From NCBI GenBank assembly GCA_965216785.1, contig OZ244197.1:1952001-2016000 (forward strand): a DNA stretch of 64,000 bases, given 5' to 3'. Positions 9,561-19,009 of the stretch are shown here, piece after piece. A model generated the notes under the pieces. The model had not been told where the DNA came from, made no database searches, and worked only from the letters and a program-made list of their open reading frames with translations. This stretch comes from Thermodesulfobacteriota bacterium. GTDB lineage: Bacteria > Desulfobacterota_D > UBA1144 > Nemesobacterales > UBA2774. Made by a program: the position numbers and the translations under genes. Positions within the stretch are counted from its first letter, which is position 1. Each line of letters opens with the position of its first letter.

Positions 9561-11117
9561 TTAGCGGATGCGGATTACGGGCTCTTCTTCTATTTCGGGG
9601 ATCGCGCTAAGCGCCTCAGGGAGGGTGTCGGCCAGGTCACCCGCAGTGAGTCCGGCATCTCCTATCTCATCTGCAACCAAGTCTCCCGAAAGCCCGTGTA
9701 CGAACGTCCCGAGCTTGCACGCCTCTGCCGGCTCGAGCCTTTGCGCAAGGAGTCCTCCGACAACGCCGGTAAGCACGTCTCCCGTGCCCCCCGAGGCCAT
9801 ACCCGGGTTTCCGGTCGTATTGATGGAGATCTCTCCCTCTGGTGTCGATATGACTGAGCGCGCGCCCTTTAAAATCAGATGCACTCCGTAACGCCGGGTG
9901 AATTCAAGCGCGGTTTTGACTCTGTCGCCCTGTATATCGCTTATGCTGAGGCCCGTTAGCCTTGACATCTCGCCCGGGTGCGGGGTTAGTATAATCGGCG
10001 CTTTAGCTTTCTTTAGAATTTCGGGTTCATGGGAAATCAGAGTAAGCCCGTCAGCGTCTATGACCATGGGCTTGTCCGTCCGCCTGATAATCTGAAAGAG
10101 GAACTCACCCGCTTCATCGCTCGTACTCATTCCGGGGCCTAAGGCCAAGGCCGAGATTCTTTTCTCGGAGGCAAGCTCAAGGGCCCTTTGCACAGACAGC
10201 TTTCCGAATGTCTTAAGGTCTGTCTCGGGCAGGGGCTCGGTCATGACCTCTGTCGTCTTTTGTTCCATTATGGGGTTTAGGCTGAAAGGCACTCCCACGG
10301 TTACAAGCCCTGTGCCTACTCTGAGCGCGCCTTCCGAGGCGAGCGTGGCCGCGCCCGATTTCCCGGGCGAGCCCGCGAGTATCAGCAGGTGGCCGTAGGT
10401 GCCTTTGTTCGTATCTTCATGCCTCGGCGGTATTATATCGACCACGTCGTATGCGGTAAGAAGCTCAAGAGATATGTCCTCTTCCAGAACCTCGGGAGTT
10501 GTTATGTTCGCTAAAAAAACGTCGCCCGCGTAATCTACACCCGGGTATACGGAAGTGCCGATCTTTGGCAGCGCGTATGTGACGGTTATGTCCGCCTCTA
10601 CCGCTGCGCCGAGCGGATGCCCCGTGTCCGCGTCCAGCCCCGAGGGCAGGTCTACAGAAATAACCGGGGCCGACTGCGAGTTTATAAATTCGATTACCTT
10701 TTTATAGAACCCTGTGACTTTCCTCTCAAGCCCGGTGCCAAAGAGAGCGTCTACGATGATATCCGCAGTCCTGTACTTCCTTAAGCTTCCGCCGAGCTCT
10801 ACAATCTCACCACCCGATTTTTTGAGTGCGCGGTAATTTGTGAGGGCGTCCCCCTTATATTTTTTGGGGTCTGAGGCAACGTATGTGACGACCTCGACAC
10901 CTTCAGAGATAAGCTGCCTAGCGATTACAAAGCCGTCCCCTGCGTTGTTTCCGCCTCCGGCGAATACTGCAGCCGCCTGAGTGTAGGGGTATTCGGCGAT
11001 TATCACGTCCGCTGTAGCACGCCCGGCGTTTTCCATGAGTACGAGGCCGGGAATGCCGTATTTCTCTATAGATTTCCTGTCTATTTCTCTTATTATGTCA
11101 CGAGTCGCTATCTTCAT
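9561..11117 (-). CDS. nnr: bifunctional NAD(P)H-hydrate epimerase/dehydratase
   Basis: LMENAG, GGGNNAGDG, DALFGTG, VDLPSG, TPHPGEM, GNPGMASGGTGDVLTG. Confidence 0.95.
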   Translation of the reverse strand: MKIATRDIIREIDRKSIEKYGIPGLVLMENAGRATADVIIAEYPYTQAAAVFAGGGNNAGDGFVIARQLISEGVEVVTYVASDPKKYKGDALTNYRALKKSGGEIVELGGSLRKYRTADIIVDALFGTGLERKVTGFYKKVIEFINSQSAPVISVDLPSGLDADTGHPLGAAVEADITVTYALPKIGTSVYPGVDYAGDVFLANITTPEVLEEDISLELLTAYDVVDIIPPRHEDTNKGTYGHLLILAGSPGKSGAATLASEGALRVGTGLVTVGVPFSLNPIMEQKTTEVMTEPLPETDLKTFGKLSVQRALELASEKRISALALGPGMSTSDEAGEFLFQIIRRTDKPMVIDADGLTLISHEPEILKKAKAPIILTPHPGEMSRLTGLSISDIQGDRVKTALEFTRRYGVHLILKGARSVISTPEGEISINTTGNPGMASGGTGDVLTGVVGGLLAQRLEPAEACKLGTFVHGLSGDLVADEIGDAGLTAGDLADTLPEALSAIPEIEEEPVIRIR

Positions 11118-11687
11118 AATCTGCTATAAAAAATAACTAAGAATAAGGGGGTTGTATAGGAGGAGATACTATTTAACGGGGTTTGGTGCTCAGTAAATAG
11201 AATTACACTATAGCTAATGCGTATTGTCAGGGTTTGTGAAACTCAAACATACGGGTTGCATCCACTCCCTTTTCTAAAGTATCTATAAAAATCTTGCTTC
11301 AAACAAACATTTGCAATCTCTTTCTAAACATCTTTCTCTTAATTTGCGACTTGTTGACAATGATATATGTGTAATATTATAATAAGTAATGACAGTAATA
11401 TAAGCAAAATATTGTAATTGATAAAGAGAGGCATATTTTGCAAAAGGCATTGGGGATTGAGGAGTTTTACCTTCCTGTAGTACGACAAGAGAAAATATCA
11501 GACGTCCCTGAAGGAATGTCCAAAATCCAGGGGTGTCCAAAATCACTGTATCGATTGCTTGGAGAATGCGAATATGACCCGAGGAGGGATGTTTGTGATG
11601 AAAAAGCAATTAATATCTCCCGACTGTAATTTTGAGGCACAAAAATCCGAAGAAGCTGTTTTTCAGGCTGTGAAAGGAGGCAGGATG

Positions 11688-14183
11688 ATGAGAGTATTGC
11701 AATCAAGTTTAGTACTAATAGGGTTGGTAGTTTTAATTTCGTTAATCGCTCCCGTAAATCTTAAGGCGCAGCCAGTTACTCTTGGCGTAGTGGCCGACAA
11801 TCAAACGCTGGTCCCCGGCGGCGGAGGCGGCGACTTCACGGACTTTAATAGTCCTGTTTTCCTCGGGGGTAACGATGTAGCGTTTAGAGGTTTTGGCGGT
11901 ACCGGGATGGAGGGTATATATACGACAATTTTGGGAGTGCCGACGTTAGTAGCCAATAAAAACACGCCGGTCCCCGGTGGGGGTGGAGGAAGCTTTACAG
12001 GCTTTGGTGATCCAGCCTCCCTGGGTGGTGGAGATGTAGCGTTTTTCGGTGAAGGCGGTACAGGAGTGAGTGGAATATATAAAACGGTAGGGGGAGTATT
12101 GATGTTGGTAGCCGATAGGAATACGCCGGTTCCCGGTGGTGGTGGAGGAAACTTTACAGACTTTAGCACTCCAGTCTCGCTGGGTGGTGGAGAGGTGGTG
12201 TTTGTCGGTCTCGGCGGCACAGGAGTCACAGGTATATATAAGACGGTAGGTGGAGTACTGACGTTAGTTGCGAATACAAACACGCTGGTTCCCGGCGGGG
12301 GTGGAGCAGGCTTTGTAAGCTTTGGTCTTCCCGTTTCCATAGGTGGTGGAGAGGTGGCGTTTCTTGCTAGTGGTGGTACAGGTATAGCTGGCATATATAA
12401 AACGGTAGGTGGAGTGCCGACGTTAGTCGCCGATAGGAACACGCCGGTCCCCGGCGGCGGAGGGGGAAGCTTTACAAGCCATCAGAAACTTATCTCTCTT
12501 GGTGGTGGAGAGGTAGCGTTTTTCGGTGAAGGTGGTACAGGAGCGAGCGGTATATATAAAACGGTAGGTGGAATACTGATGTTAGTAGCGGATGAAAACA
12601 CGCTTGCCCCCGGAGGTGACGGAGGGGGATTTAGATTCTTTGGTGGTCCGGTCTCCCTGGGTGGAAGCGATGTAGCGTTTTACAGCGGAGAAGGTGGTGC
12701 GGGAAGGGAAGGCATATTTAAAGAGGTGGGGGGAGTGCTGATGTTAGTAGCGAATGAAATCACGCCGGTCCCCGGCGGCGGAGGGGGAAGCTTTACAAGC
12801 TTTGGTGATCCGGTCTCCCTGGGCGGCAGTGAAGTAGCGTTTTTCGGTGAAGGCGGTGCGGGGGAGAGCGGTATATATAAAACTGTGGGGGGAGTGCCGA
12901 CGTTAATAGCCAATGAAAATACGTTAATCCCCGGCGGCGGAGGGACAAGCTTTACAGACTTTTTTACTCCCGTCTCCTTAGGGGGTGGTACTGTAGTGTT
13001 TAAAGGTGATGGTGTGGGGCTGACAGGTGTATATATCGCCGGTACGGGCTCGACGCTTAATGTAACCAAAACAGGTACGGGTACGGGGACCGTAACGAGC
13101 GTGCCTTTGGGAATAAACTGTGGTGCGGTCTGCAGCGAGGACTATGTTATAAACACCGTAGTTACCCTTACGGCCGTAGCCGGCGCGGGCTCTGTATTCG
13201 CAGGCTGGACCGGCGACCCTGACTGTACGGATGGTGTCGTTACTATGGATATGTCTATAACATGTACAGCGATTTTTGCTATGGAAGCGGATTTGTCTAT
13301 TGTTAAAACTGCAAGCCCAAACCCCGTGGAATTGGATAGCGAGCTTACATATACTATTGAGATAGAAAACTTAGGCCCGGACCCGGCTGTGGGGGTAGTG
13401 CTTACGGACATACTGCCCGGAGGGGTAATGTTCATATCCTCATCAGTAGTTTGTGATAATATGGACGGGACATTGACTTGCGAGCTAGAGGATATCGACA
13501 ATGGAGATACTACTACTGTAACTATAGTGGTAGTCCCGCCTGAGATTGGTGATATAACGAATAGCGCGACAGTAAGCGCCGAAACCCCCGACCCTAATAT
13601 GGATAACAATACCTCTACCATAATTACACAGGTCGAAGAGGATGTGCCGCAGATGCTGGACGTGGTGCTGGACCAGTCTGAGTTTACGGTGAACCCCGGA
13701 GGTATGGTAAGCATGGCGGTAGAAATTAGTAACCCTCCTTTACCCATAACGAGTTCGCTTACTCAGACAAAACAGACTGCAACAGGAGTAGTATTGACAA
13801 TTGACATTCCCGAAGGGTTTGACGTAGAGGATATAATTACAACACAAGGGGTGTGCGATATAGACCTGCGTCAATGTACAATCGGTGATATCATGCCCGG
13901 TGAGACCGTAACAGTGGTACTGGACGCTATTGCTCCACAAGGAGACGGAGTGTTTGTTGTAAGCTTCCGCGCCGGCACTTCGACGGGTCAGATGTTTTCG
14001 GGTACTGCTATTGTAACTGTTCGCGGTAGTGACGGTGGAGACGGTAACTGTGCTCTTGCTTCAAGTAATGCAGGAAAGCCTGAAATATTCGGACTACTTG
14101 CTCCGTTCGTTCTGCTGCCACTTATGATGCTGCTGAGAAGAAAGAGAAGAGGCAGGATTACAGCGCATACTGGCACAAAATGA
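11688..14183 (+). CDS. secreted surface protein: 8 x ~53-aa Gly-rich repeats (probable beta-propeller), bacterial repeat/InlB-B-like domain, DUF11 Ig-like domain(s), C-terminal Cys-TM-basic sorting signal
   Basis: Start moved to the ATG after AAGGAGG (11674-11680); signal peptide; repeat LVAxxNTxVPGGGGGxFxxFxxPVSLGGGxVAF..GIYKTVGG; GTGTVTS..GINCG..CSE; ADLSIVKT..LTYTIEIENLGP..DPNMDNN; GGDGNCAL...FVLLPLMMLLRRKRR. Confidence 0.85.
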   Translation: MRVLQSSLVLIGLVVLISLIAPVNLKAQPVTLGVVADNQTLVPGGGGGDFTDFNSPVFLGGNDVAFRGFGGTGMEGIYTTILGVPTLVANKNTPVPGGGGGSFTGFGDPASLGGGDVAFFGEGGTGVSGIYKTVGGVLMLVADRNTPVPGGGGGNFTDFSTPVSLGGGEVVFVGLGGTGVTGIYKTVGGVLTLVANTNTLVPGGGGAGFVSFGLPVSIGGGEVAFLASGGTGIAGIYKTVGGVPTLVADRNTPVPGGGGGSFTSHQKLISLGGGEVAFFGEGGTGASGIYKTVGGILMLVADENTLAPGGDGGGFRFFGGPVSLGGSDVAFYSGEGGAGREGIFKEVGGVLMLVANEITPVPGGGGGSFTSFGDPVSLGGSEVAFFGEGGAGESGIYKTVGGVPTLIANENTLIPGGGGTSFTDFFTPVSLGGGTVVFKGDGVGLTGVYIAGTGSTLNVTKTGTGTGTVTSVPLGINCGAVCSEDYVINTVVTLTAVAGAGSVFAGWTGDPDCTDGVVTMDMSITCTAIFAMEADLSIVKTASPNPVELDSELTYTIEIENLGPDPAVGVVLTDILPGGVMFISSSVVCDNMDGTLTCELEDIDNGDTTTVTIVVVPPEIGDITNSATVSAETPDPNMDNNTSTIITQVEEDVPQMLDVVLDQSEFTVNPGGMVSMAVEISNPPLPITSSLTQTKQTATGVVLTIDIPEGFDVEDIITTQGVCDIDLRQCTIGDIMPGETVTVVLDAIAPQGDGVFVVSFRAGTSTGQMFSGTAIVTVRGSDGGDGNCALASSNAGKPEIFGLLAPFVLLPLMMLLRRKRRGRITAHTGTK
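11787..13040 (+). repeat. intragenic tandem repeat, 8 units of ~159 bp
   Basis: Units 1 and 2 start at 11787 and 11946; the translated units align. Confidence 0.9.
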
Positions 14184-14211
14184 CTATTAAAATATAATAT
14201 TCCGGGAGCGC

Positions 14212-14415
14212 TTTCTACTTGGCCATTCCGCCGTAGCTAACAGGTCTTGTGTCCCCGAAGGTGTTTACGAGAGTGTCGAGGAATTCCTCTGTGTGCTCCT
14301 CGCAGAAATGATAGGTGAGTGTGTCCCTGCCGTCGCGGCTAGAGACAGTGATCTGCTCGTAGTGTCTTCCGCACAGGTCTTTTTGGCAAAGAGCGCAAGA
14401 CTTAATACCCTGACG
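14212..14415 (-). pseudogene. 5'-truncated copy of the 3' two-thirds of the Cys/His-rich gene at 16640..16924
   Basis: 204-bp direct repeat of 16637-16840 with 5 mismatches; an in-frame stop and no start codon lie just upstream. Confidence 0.9.
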
Positions 14416-14440
14416 TTCACACCGCTTGAAATGTCATCCT

Positions 14441-15331
14441 TTAATTGTGGCCGTTTACGAAAATTTCCTCAATTACGCGCCCGTCTATGTCCGGGGGAGG
14501 TTTGAGACCGAGCGCGCGCAGCACCGTCGGAGCGGTATCGTATATATAGACCTGCTCTTTAACGGCGTAGTCTTTTTTGACGTACTTTCCTATTGCAAGC
14601 CAGGGTATTTGTATTGAATGCGGTATGTCGTCGCCGTGGTTTATGCCTTGGCCGCCGTGGTCGGATAATATCATAATAAACATAGCCTCATATATTCCCT
14701 CATCTTTCAAAGACGCTATTATCGTTCCCAGAGCTTTATCTACATCAGCTATGGAATTCAGATACTCAGGGGACATCCATCCCTTTACGTGCCCAGTGAG
14801 ATCGGGGTAGGGGAAATGGACCAGCGAGAGCCGGGGCTTATTCTCCTTCATATATGTTACGTAGCTTTTTGTTATCTCCCGGACGCTGTCCTCTGACTCA
14901 GAGGTTGATTCGTAATGCTCTGTAGTTCCCGGAGTGTTTATGTAAGAGAGCTTGTCTTTCCCTACGAAGAGCGCGGAATCGAGTCCGCTCTTTTTCGCTA
15001 CTGTAAATATGGTCTCAAACTCCGTATGCCCCAGGTCCGGAGAATATTTGTTTACCGTCATTCCGTGTTTTTTAGGTGTAAGCCCCGTAACGAGAGAAGT
15101 GTGCGAGGGCAGGGTTTTGGCGATCTCAACCGTTCTCGCGCTCGGCGTATAGGAACCCGTCTTTATTAGTGAATCGAGATTTGGGGTGTCTGCAAGTTCA
15201 ATCGCATCCGGTCTTAAGCCGTCGATAGTAATAATGAGAGCATAAGGAGCTTTGCTCTTAGCGGATGAGCATGCGGATATTAATATAAAGAGGATAAAGA
15301 TTATGGGGATTCTTACGCGCGAAATTTTCAT
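14441..15331 (-). CDS. alkaline phosphatase superfamily (nucleotide pyrophosphatase/phosphodiesterase) lipoprotein
   Basis: Lipobox ISAC; IDGLRPD, TLPSHTSLVTG..P.KHG, HFPYPDLTGH, LSDHGG, YDTAPT, IDGR. Confidence 0.88.
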   Translation of the reverse strand: MKISRVRIPIIFILFILISACSSAKSKAPYALIITIDGLRPDAIELADTPNLDSLIKTGSYTPSARTVEIAKTLPSHTSLVTGLTPKKHGMTVNKYSPDLGHTEFETIFTVAKKSGLDSALFVGKDKLSYINTPGTTEHYESTSESEDSVREITKSYVTYMKENKPRLSLVHFPYPDLTGHVKGWMSPEYLNSIADVDKALGTIIASLKDEGIYEAMFIMILSDHGGQGINHGDDIPHSIQIPWLAIGKYVKKDYAVKEQVYIYDTAPTVLRALGLKPPPDIDGRVIEEIFVNGHN

Positions 15332-15442
15332 TAACAGAGTTCTGCTGCTTCCCTTATGCTAAGCTCGGTTTAAGTCTGAATTATGAAGAACGCAATTCAT
15401 AATTGATATTCTAATAATGTGGTCAAATGCTGCCCATTTCAA

Positions 15443-15484
15443 CTGCTCAGCAGAAATCGGTATGGCGGAATTTCTGCTGAGCAG
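15443..15484. terminator. strong intergenic hairpin (terminator or REP)
   Basis: ctgctcagcagaaat / atttctgctgagcag perfect 15-bp stem; no clear U-tract. Confidence 0.5.
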
Positions 15485-15544
15485 GATTATGGTTTATCGG
15501 AGTGAGAATAAATTTACTCACATTGTTCAGCATAAAGATTTACA

Positions 15545-16171
15545 TTAAGGCGTACTTACAGATACCGCCATTGCCTCAGTGTAGGTAACCAGTACCTTCT
15601 CGCCGGGTTTTAAATTCTCCATAGTGCTGACGCTAGGATCAACCTTAACTCTCGCAACCTGTTTGCCGGGAGCCTTGTACTTAAGCATATTGGTAGCTCT
15701 ATCTATGCCTATTACCTCGACTACTTCAGAAACTATCTCGATATCGATTTTGCCCGGTTTATCGGAATCTTCGACCATTACTGTCATCCCCTGAGTATCA
15801 AGCGGTTCTGCATCCGGAGCAGCTACCTGAAGCGCGAGCGATTCGTAAAATCCAATTGTGACCTTATCGCCGATAGCTAACTTGTCGAAGTTAGGAACAT
15901 CGTCATCCACCTCAACTACGTCGACTAAATTGCCGTCCGCATCAGCAAGAACGACAAGACGCTCATTCATATTAAGAGCCTGAATATAAAGCGTCTCTAC
16001 TGCGATGCCTTTTAAAACAATTTTTCTATCACCCTTTTCGAGCATCATAGTCTTGCCTGTATTTCCAGGCTGCTCAAGCATCTCCTTCGCGCCATCATCC
16101 TGAGCAAAAGACCCTGTCGAAAAAGACACAAACGCAAAAGCTAATACCGAAAATAAAAATAATCTCTTCAT
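15545..16171 (-). CDS. hypothetical exported protein
   Basis: AAGGAGG RBS; signal peptide SFA; two internally similar beta-rich halves (KLAIGDKV..FYESLAL / NLKPGEKV..YTEAMAV). Confidence 0.75.
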   Translation of the reverse strand: MKRLFLFSVLAFAFVSFSTGSFAQDDGAKEMLEQPGNTGKTMMLEKGDRKIVLKGIAVETLYIQALNMNERLVVLADADGNLVDVVEVDDDVPNFDKLAIGDKVTIGFYESLALQVAAPDAEPLDTQGMTVMVEDSDKPGKIDIEIVSEVVEVIGIDRATNMLKYKAPGKQVARVKVDPSVSTMENLKPGEKVLVTYTEAMAVSVSTP

Positions 16172-16521
16172 AACAATACCTCCTTGGGATTTTTTAAATC
16201 TTTAATTCAAACTGCTTTAGATCCCCGCCATTTTCTAATTAAAGACTGAACAAATGTCACAGCACAATACAGTATTAGCGGCTGGTGTTATAAACCGCCC
16301 TGCCAATTATGTGCTGAGTTCAATTGTTACTACGCTATCTAATGTGAATCAATGTCGCCATCTATTGTATGTTATTGTCCTTTAGATATGTTTGAATGCG
16401 GATTAATCTAAAGGTGACCCATACAAAACCCATATAAAGCTTAGCATATATAAAAAGTTATCCTAACGTATTTTTGCAAACTAAAAATTTGTGGGAAATC
16501 GGGTATATGATGTATGTCAGG

Positions 16522-16549
16522 CGGAGATTAGAAAACCTTCTAATCTCCG
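16522..16549. terminator. hairpin downstream of 16640..16924
   Basis: CGGAGATTAGAA-aacc-TTCTAATCTCCG 12-bp stem; U-tract weak. Confidence 0.45.
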
Positions 16550-16639
16550 GAGCTTCAAGCTTTCTTTCCTTATGGCTTTTACTGTAATTGTACTAGATTA
16601 ATTCTAGCGGCTTCTTATTGAGTGGCAGTATAGAGTTTT

Positions 16640-16924
16640 CTACTTGGCCATTCCGCCGTAGCTAACCGGTCTTGTGTCCCCGAAGGTGTTTACGAGAGTG
16701 TCGAGGAATTCCTCAGTGTGCTCCTCGCAGAAATGATAGGTGAGCGTGTCCCTGCCGCCGCGGCTAGAGACAGTGATCTGCTCGTAGTGTCTTCCGCACA
16801 GGTCTTTTTGGCAAAGAGCGCATGACTTAATACCCTGACGCTCTCCTTCGCTCTCGCAGCGGGTGCCGTCTTCGTGAACGTGATCGCACTGGTACATCTC
16901 TACAGTTATTGTTTTTACGGACAT
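16640..16924 (-). CDS. small Cys/His-rich putative two-zinc finger protein (paralogue 1)
   Basis: GGAGG RBS; C-x9-C-x11-CxxC-x4-CxxH-x19-CEEH. Confidence 0.85.
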   Translation of the reverse strand: MSVKTITVEMYQCDHVHEDGTRCESEGERQGIKSCALCQKDLCGRHYEQITVSSRGGRDTLTYHFCEEHTEEFLDTLVNTFGDTRPVSYGGMAK

Positions 16925-16990
16925 TGAAATCCTCCCAGCTTAAATATTAATTCTCTGTATCTGATAATACTGAACGCCAGCCCCACATTA

Positions 16991-17023
16991 CTATTAAACT
17001 AAATACTCCCTTATAAGTCAATA
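16991..17023 (-). promoter_or_regulatory. conserved promoter of paralogue 1
   Basis: Minus strand TTGACT-17-TTTAAT in the context TATTGAC...TAGTTTAATAG, shared by all three paralogues. Confidence 0.65.
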
Positions 17024-17050
17024 TATTTTAGATGCCGGTTTTTATGGTGG

Positions 17051-17383
17051 TTATGACGCCAGATATGTGCCGTCTCCGATGCCGGGGATTACCTCGCCCT
17101 CGCCGTAGCGGTCTACTACTATGTTCCTAAACTCCTGGTAATGCTCCTCACAGAAATAGTAGAGGAACCTGACCCTGTTGCCCCGGAGGAGGTTGTTTGA
17201 GATATTGTCGCCGTCCCCAATGAAGACGACAGTCGTAATCTCGCAGTGCTCCTTACACAGGTCCTGGCGGCATACGTGGCATTCTCTCATCTCTTCTCTG
17301 TTGCCCTCGTTCACGCAGCGCTCGCCCTGGCCGTTTTCATGGTCACACTGATAAACTTCAAGCTCAATCTCTCTTTTTGACAT
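17051..17383 (-). CDS. small Cys/His-rich putative two-zinc finger protein (paralogue 2)
   Basis: Same ligand spacing with a 12-aa insertion before YYFCEEH. Confidence 0.85.
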   Translation of the reverse strand: MSKREIELEVYQCDHENGQGERCVNEGNREEMRECHVCRQDLCKEHCEITTVVFIGDGDNISNNLLRGNRVRFLYYFCEEHYQEFRNIVVDRYGEGEVIPGIGDGTYLAS

Positions 17384-17422
17384 TAGACCCCTGCGCTGTC
17401 TCTCAAGTGGTATATTTTTATT

Positions 17423-17455
17423 CTATTAAACTAAATCGGGAGATGTATGTCAATA
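17423..17455 (-). promoter_or_regulatory. conserved promoter of paralogue 2
   Basis: Minus strand TTGACA-17-TTTAAT. Confidence 0.65.
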
Positions 17456-17481
17456 AGGTTTTTAAGGTATGTAGCTGACTG

Positions 17482-17781
17482 TTACCATCTGCTGAGCGTA
17501 ACCCCATACCCGCTCTGGGGCACGGGGCTCGTGTCGCCGAACTTATCTATAAGGATCTGTCTGAACTCGTCTGTGTGCTCTTCGCAGAAGTAATATGTGA
17601 AGTGCTCTCTGGTGCCGCTGATGGTGACTGTCGAGAGCTCGTAGTGGGTGATGCAGATATCGTTCCCGCACACCCCGCACACCTTGATCGCCTCGCGGTC
17701 GCCTCTGCTCCGGCACTGCTCGCCGTCCTCGCCCACGTGGTCGCACTCGAATATCTCTAGCTCTATTTCCCTTTTGGACAT
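17482..17781 (-). CDS. small Cys/His-rich putative two-zinc finger protein (paralogue 3)
   Basis: MSKREIELE start shared with paralogue 2; CDH..C..CGVCGNDICITH..YYFCEEH. Confidence 0.85.
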   Translation of the reverse strand: MSKREIELEIFECDHVGEDGEQCRSRGDREAIKVCGVCGNDICITHYELSTVTISGTREHFTYYFCEEHTDEFRQILIDKFGDTSPVPQSGYGVTLSRW

Positions 17782-17788
17782 GTAACCA

Positions 17789-17822
17789 CTATTAAACTAT
17801 AAATGGGGCGGGGAAGTCAATA
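17789..17822 (-). promoter_or_regulatory. conserved promoter of paralogue 3 (near-leaderless)
   Basis: Minus strand TTGACT-18-TTTAAT, 9 nt before the ATG, no SD. Confidence 0.55.
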
Positions 17823-17855
17823 AGGACTATGGTTCAGTATGCGTGATGAGTGATA

Positions 17856-17886
17856 TGGATTCCCGATAAATACGCTCGGGAATGAC
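17856..17886. repeat. REP/dRS3-like palindrome TGGATTCCCG...CGGGAATGAC
   Basis: ATTCCCG/CGGGAAT stem with the characteristic GGATTCCC and GAATGAC ends. Confidence 0.55.
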
Positions 17887-17978
17887 AGGCTATTACAGGC
17901 CTACAGTGAACGATTTTCTTACAGTTTATTAAACAGTCAACTTGAAAAACCGGCTCACGTTATGTATAAATAACGCTA

Positions 17979-18941
17979 ATGATTTCACCTCAGGAAAGCT
18001 TAAAGGGCGCGATAAAGTACTTTCATACAAGAGCAACGGGAAGTCCAAAGCTCGTTAACCTCGAGATTACGAAGCTCTGTAACGCAAAGTGCGATTTCTG
18101 CGACTACTGGCAGACACGCCACGAAGAGAGGATCTACGACTACCGCCCTGTGATTAAGAAGATCGACCCACTCGTTGCGGTCATCACCGGCGGAGAGCCT
18201 ATGCTCCGTAAAGACCTTCCCGATATCGTAAGGCAGATTAAGGAATGCTCTTACTTCATCTTCACCTCGATGGTTACGAAGGGAGACCTGCTTACTGTTG
18301 AAAAGGCGGACGAGCTGTTCGACGCGGGTATTAACCAGATTGCGGTATCGCTCGATTTCCCTAGTAAACAGCACGACGTTTACCGCGGAGTGCCGGGGCT
18401 GTGGGACAAGCTGTCCACGATCCTCCCCGAGCTCGGCAGGAAATATCCTGATAATCAGATCACCATGAATACTATTATTATGGAGGACAACCTTGAGTAC
18501 ATCCCCGAGCTTGTGCGCCACGCCCACGATTGGGGAATAGGGATTTCCTTCAGCTCGTATTCCGTAATGAAGACCAATAACGAAGATCACTTTATCGAGG
18601 AAAACGAGAAGGTCAGGAATCTGGTAGCGGAGCTCGTGAGCCTCAGGCGTGAGCTTAAGGGCACTATCATATCGACCGAGTATTACCTGAACGAGATACC
18701 ACGCTACTTTGAGTCGGGAGGCATTCCGGGCTGTACGGCGGGTATAAGCCACATACAGGTGACCCCGAGCGGACACTTGAAACGCTGCTCGGAGATGCCC
18801 GTGACCGCGCATTTCTCCGAATACCATCCAAAGCTCTACGACGAGACAAACTGCACGGCGTGCTGGTACAGTTGCAGGGGCGAAACTCAGACCCCGGCGA
18901 GTATCAAGCGCGCTCTTGAGTATATGGGTATCTGGGTTTAA
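17979..18941 (+). CDS. radical SAM protein with SPASM/twitch-like C-terminus
   Basis: CNAKCDFC, ITGGEPMLRKD, C-terminal CTAG...RCSE...CTACWYSC. Confidence 0.88.
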   Translation: MISPQESLKGAIKYFHTRATGSPKLVNLEITKLCNAKCDFCDYWQTRHEERIYDYRPVIKKIDPLVAVITGGEPMLRKDLPDIVRQIKECSYFIFTSMVTKGDLLTVEKADELFDAGINQIAVSLDFPSKQHDVYRGVPGLWDKLSTILPELGRKYPDNQITMNTIIMEDNLEYIPELVRHAHDWGIGISFSSYSVMKTNNEDHFIEENEKVRNLVAELVSLRRELKGTIISTEYYLNEIPRYFESGGIPGCTAGISHIQVTPSGHLKRCSEMPVTAHFSEYHPKLYDETNCTACWYSCRGETQTPASIKRALEYMGIWV

Positions 18942-19009
18942 TCCATCCTGTTGTATAATTAAGCGTAAAGAGTTTTCCCTTAAAATTTATTTCCGGTAGA
19001 GGTTTAGAT

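Noticed and set aside
11283-11706. Short ORFs upstream of the repeat protein and its 11559 start
   Set aside because: No recognisable motifs or RBS; a strong RBS and signal peptide support the 11688 start.
11787-13040. Diversity-generating retroelement acting on the repeat protein
   Set aside because: No reverse transcriptase, no non-coding template copy, and differences are not confined to adenines.
16640-18941. Cys-rich small proteins as RiPP precursors for the divergent radical SAM enzyme
   Set aside because: The ligand spacing looks like a folded zinc-binding domain; no RRE, peptidase or exporter is evident; adjacency alone is insufficient.
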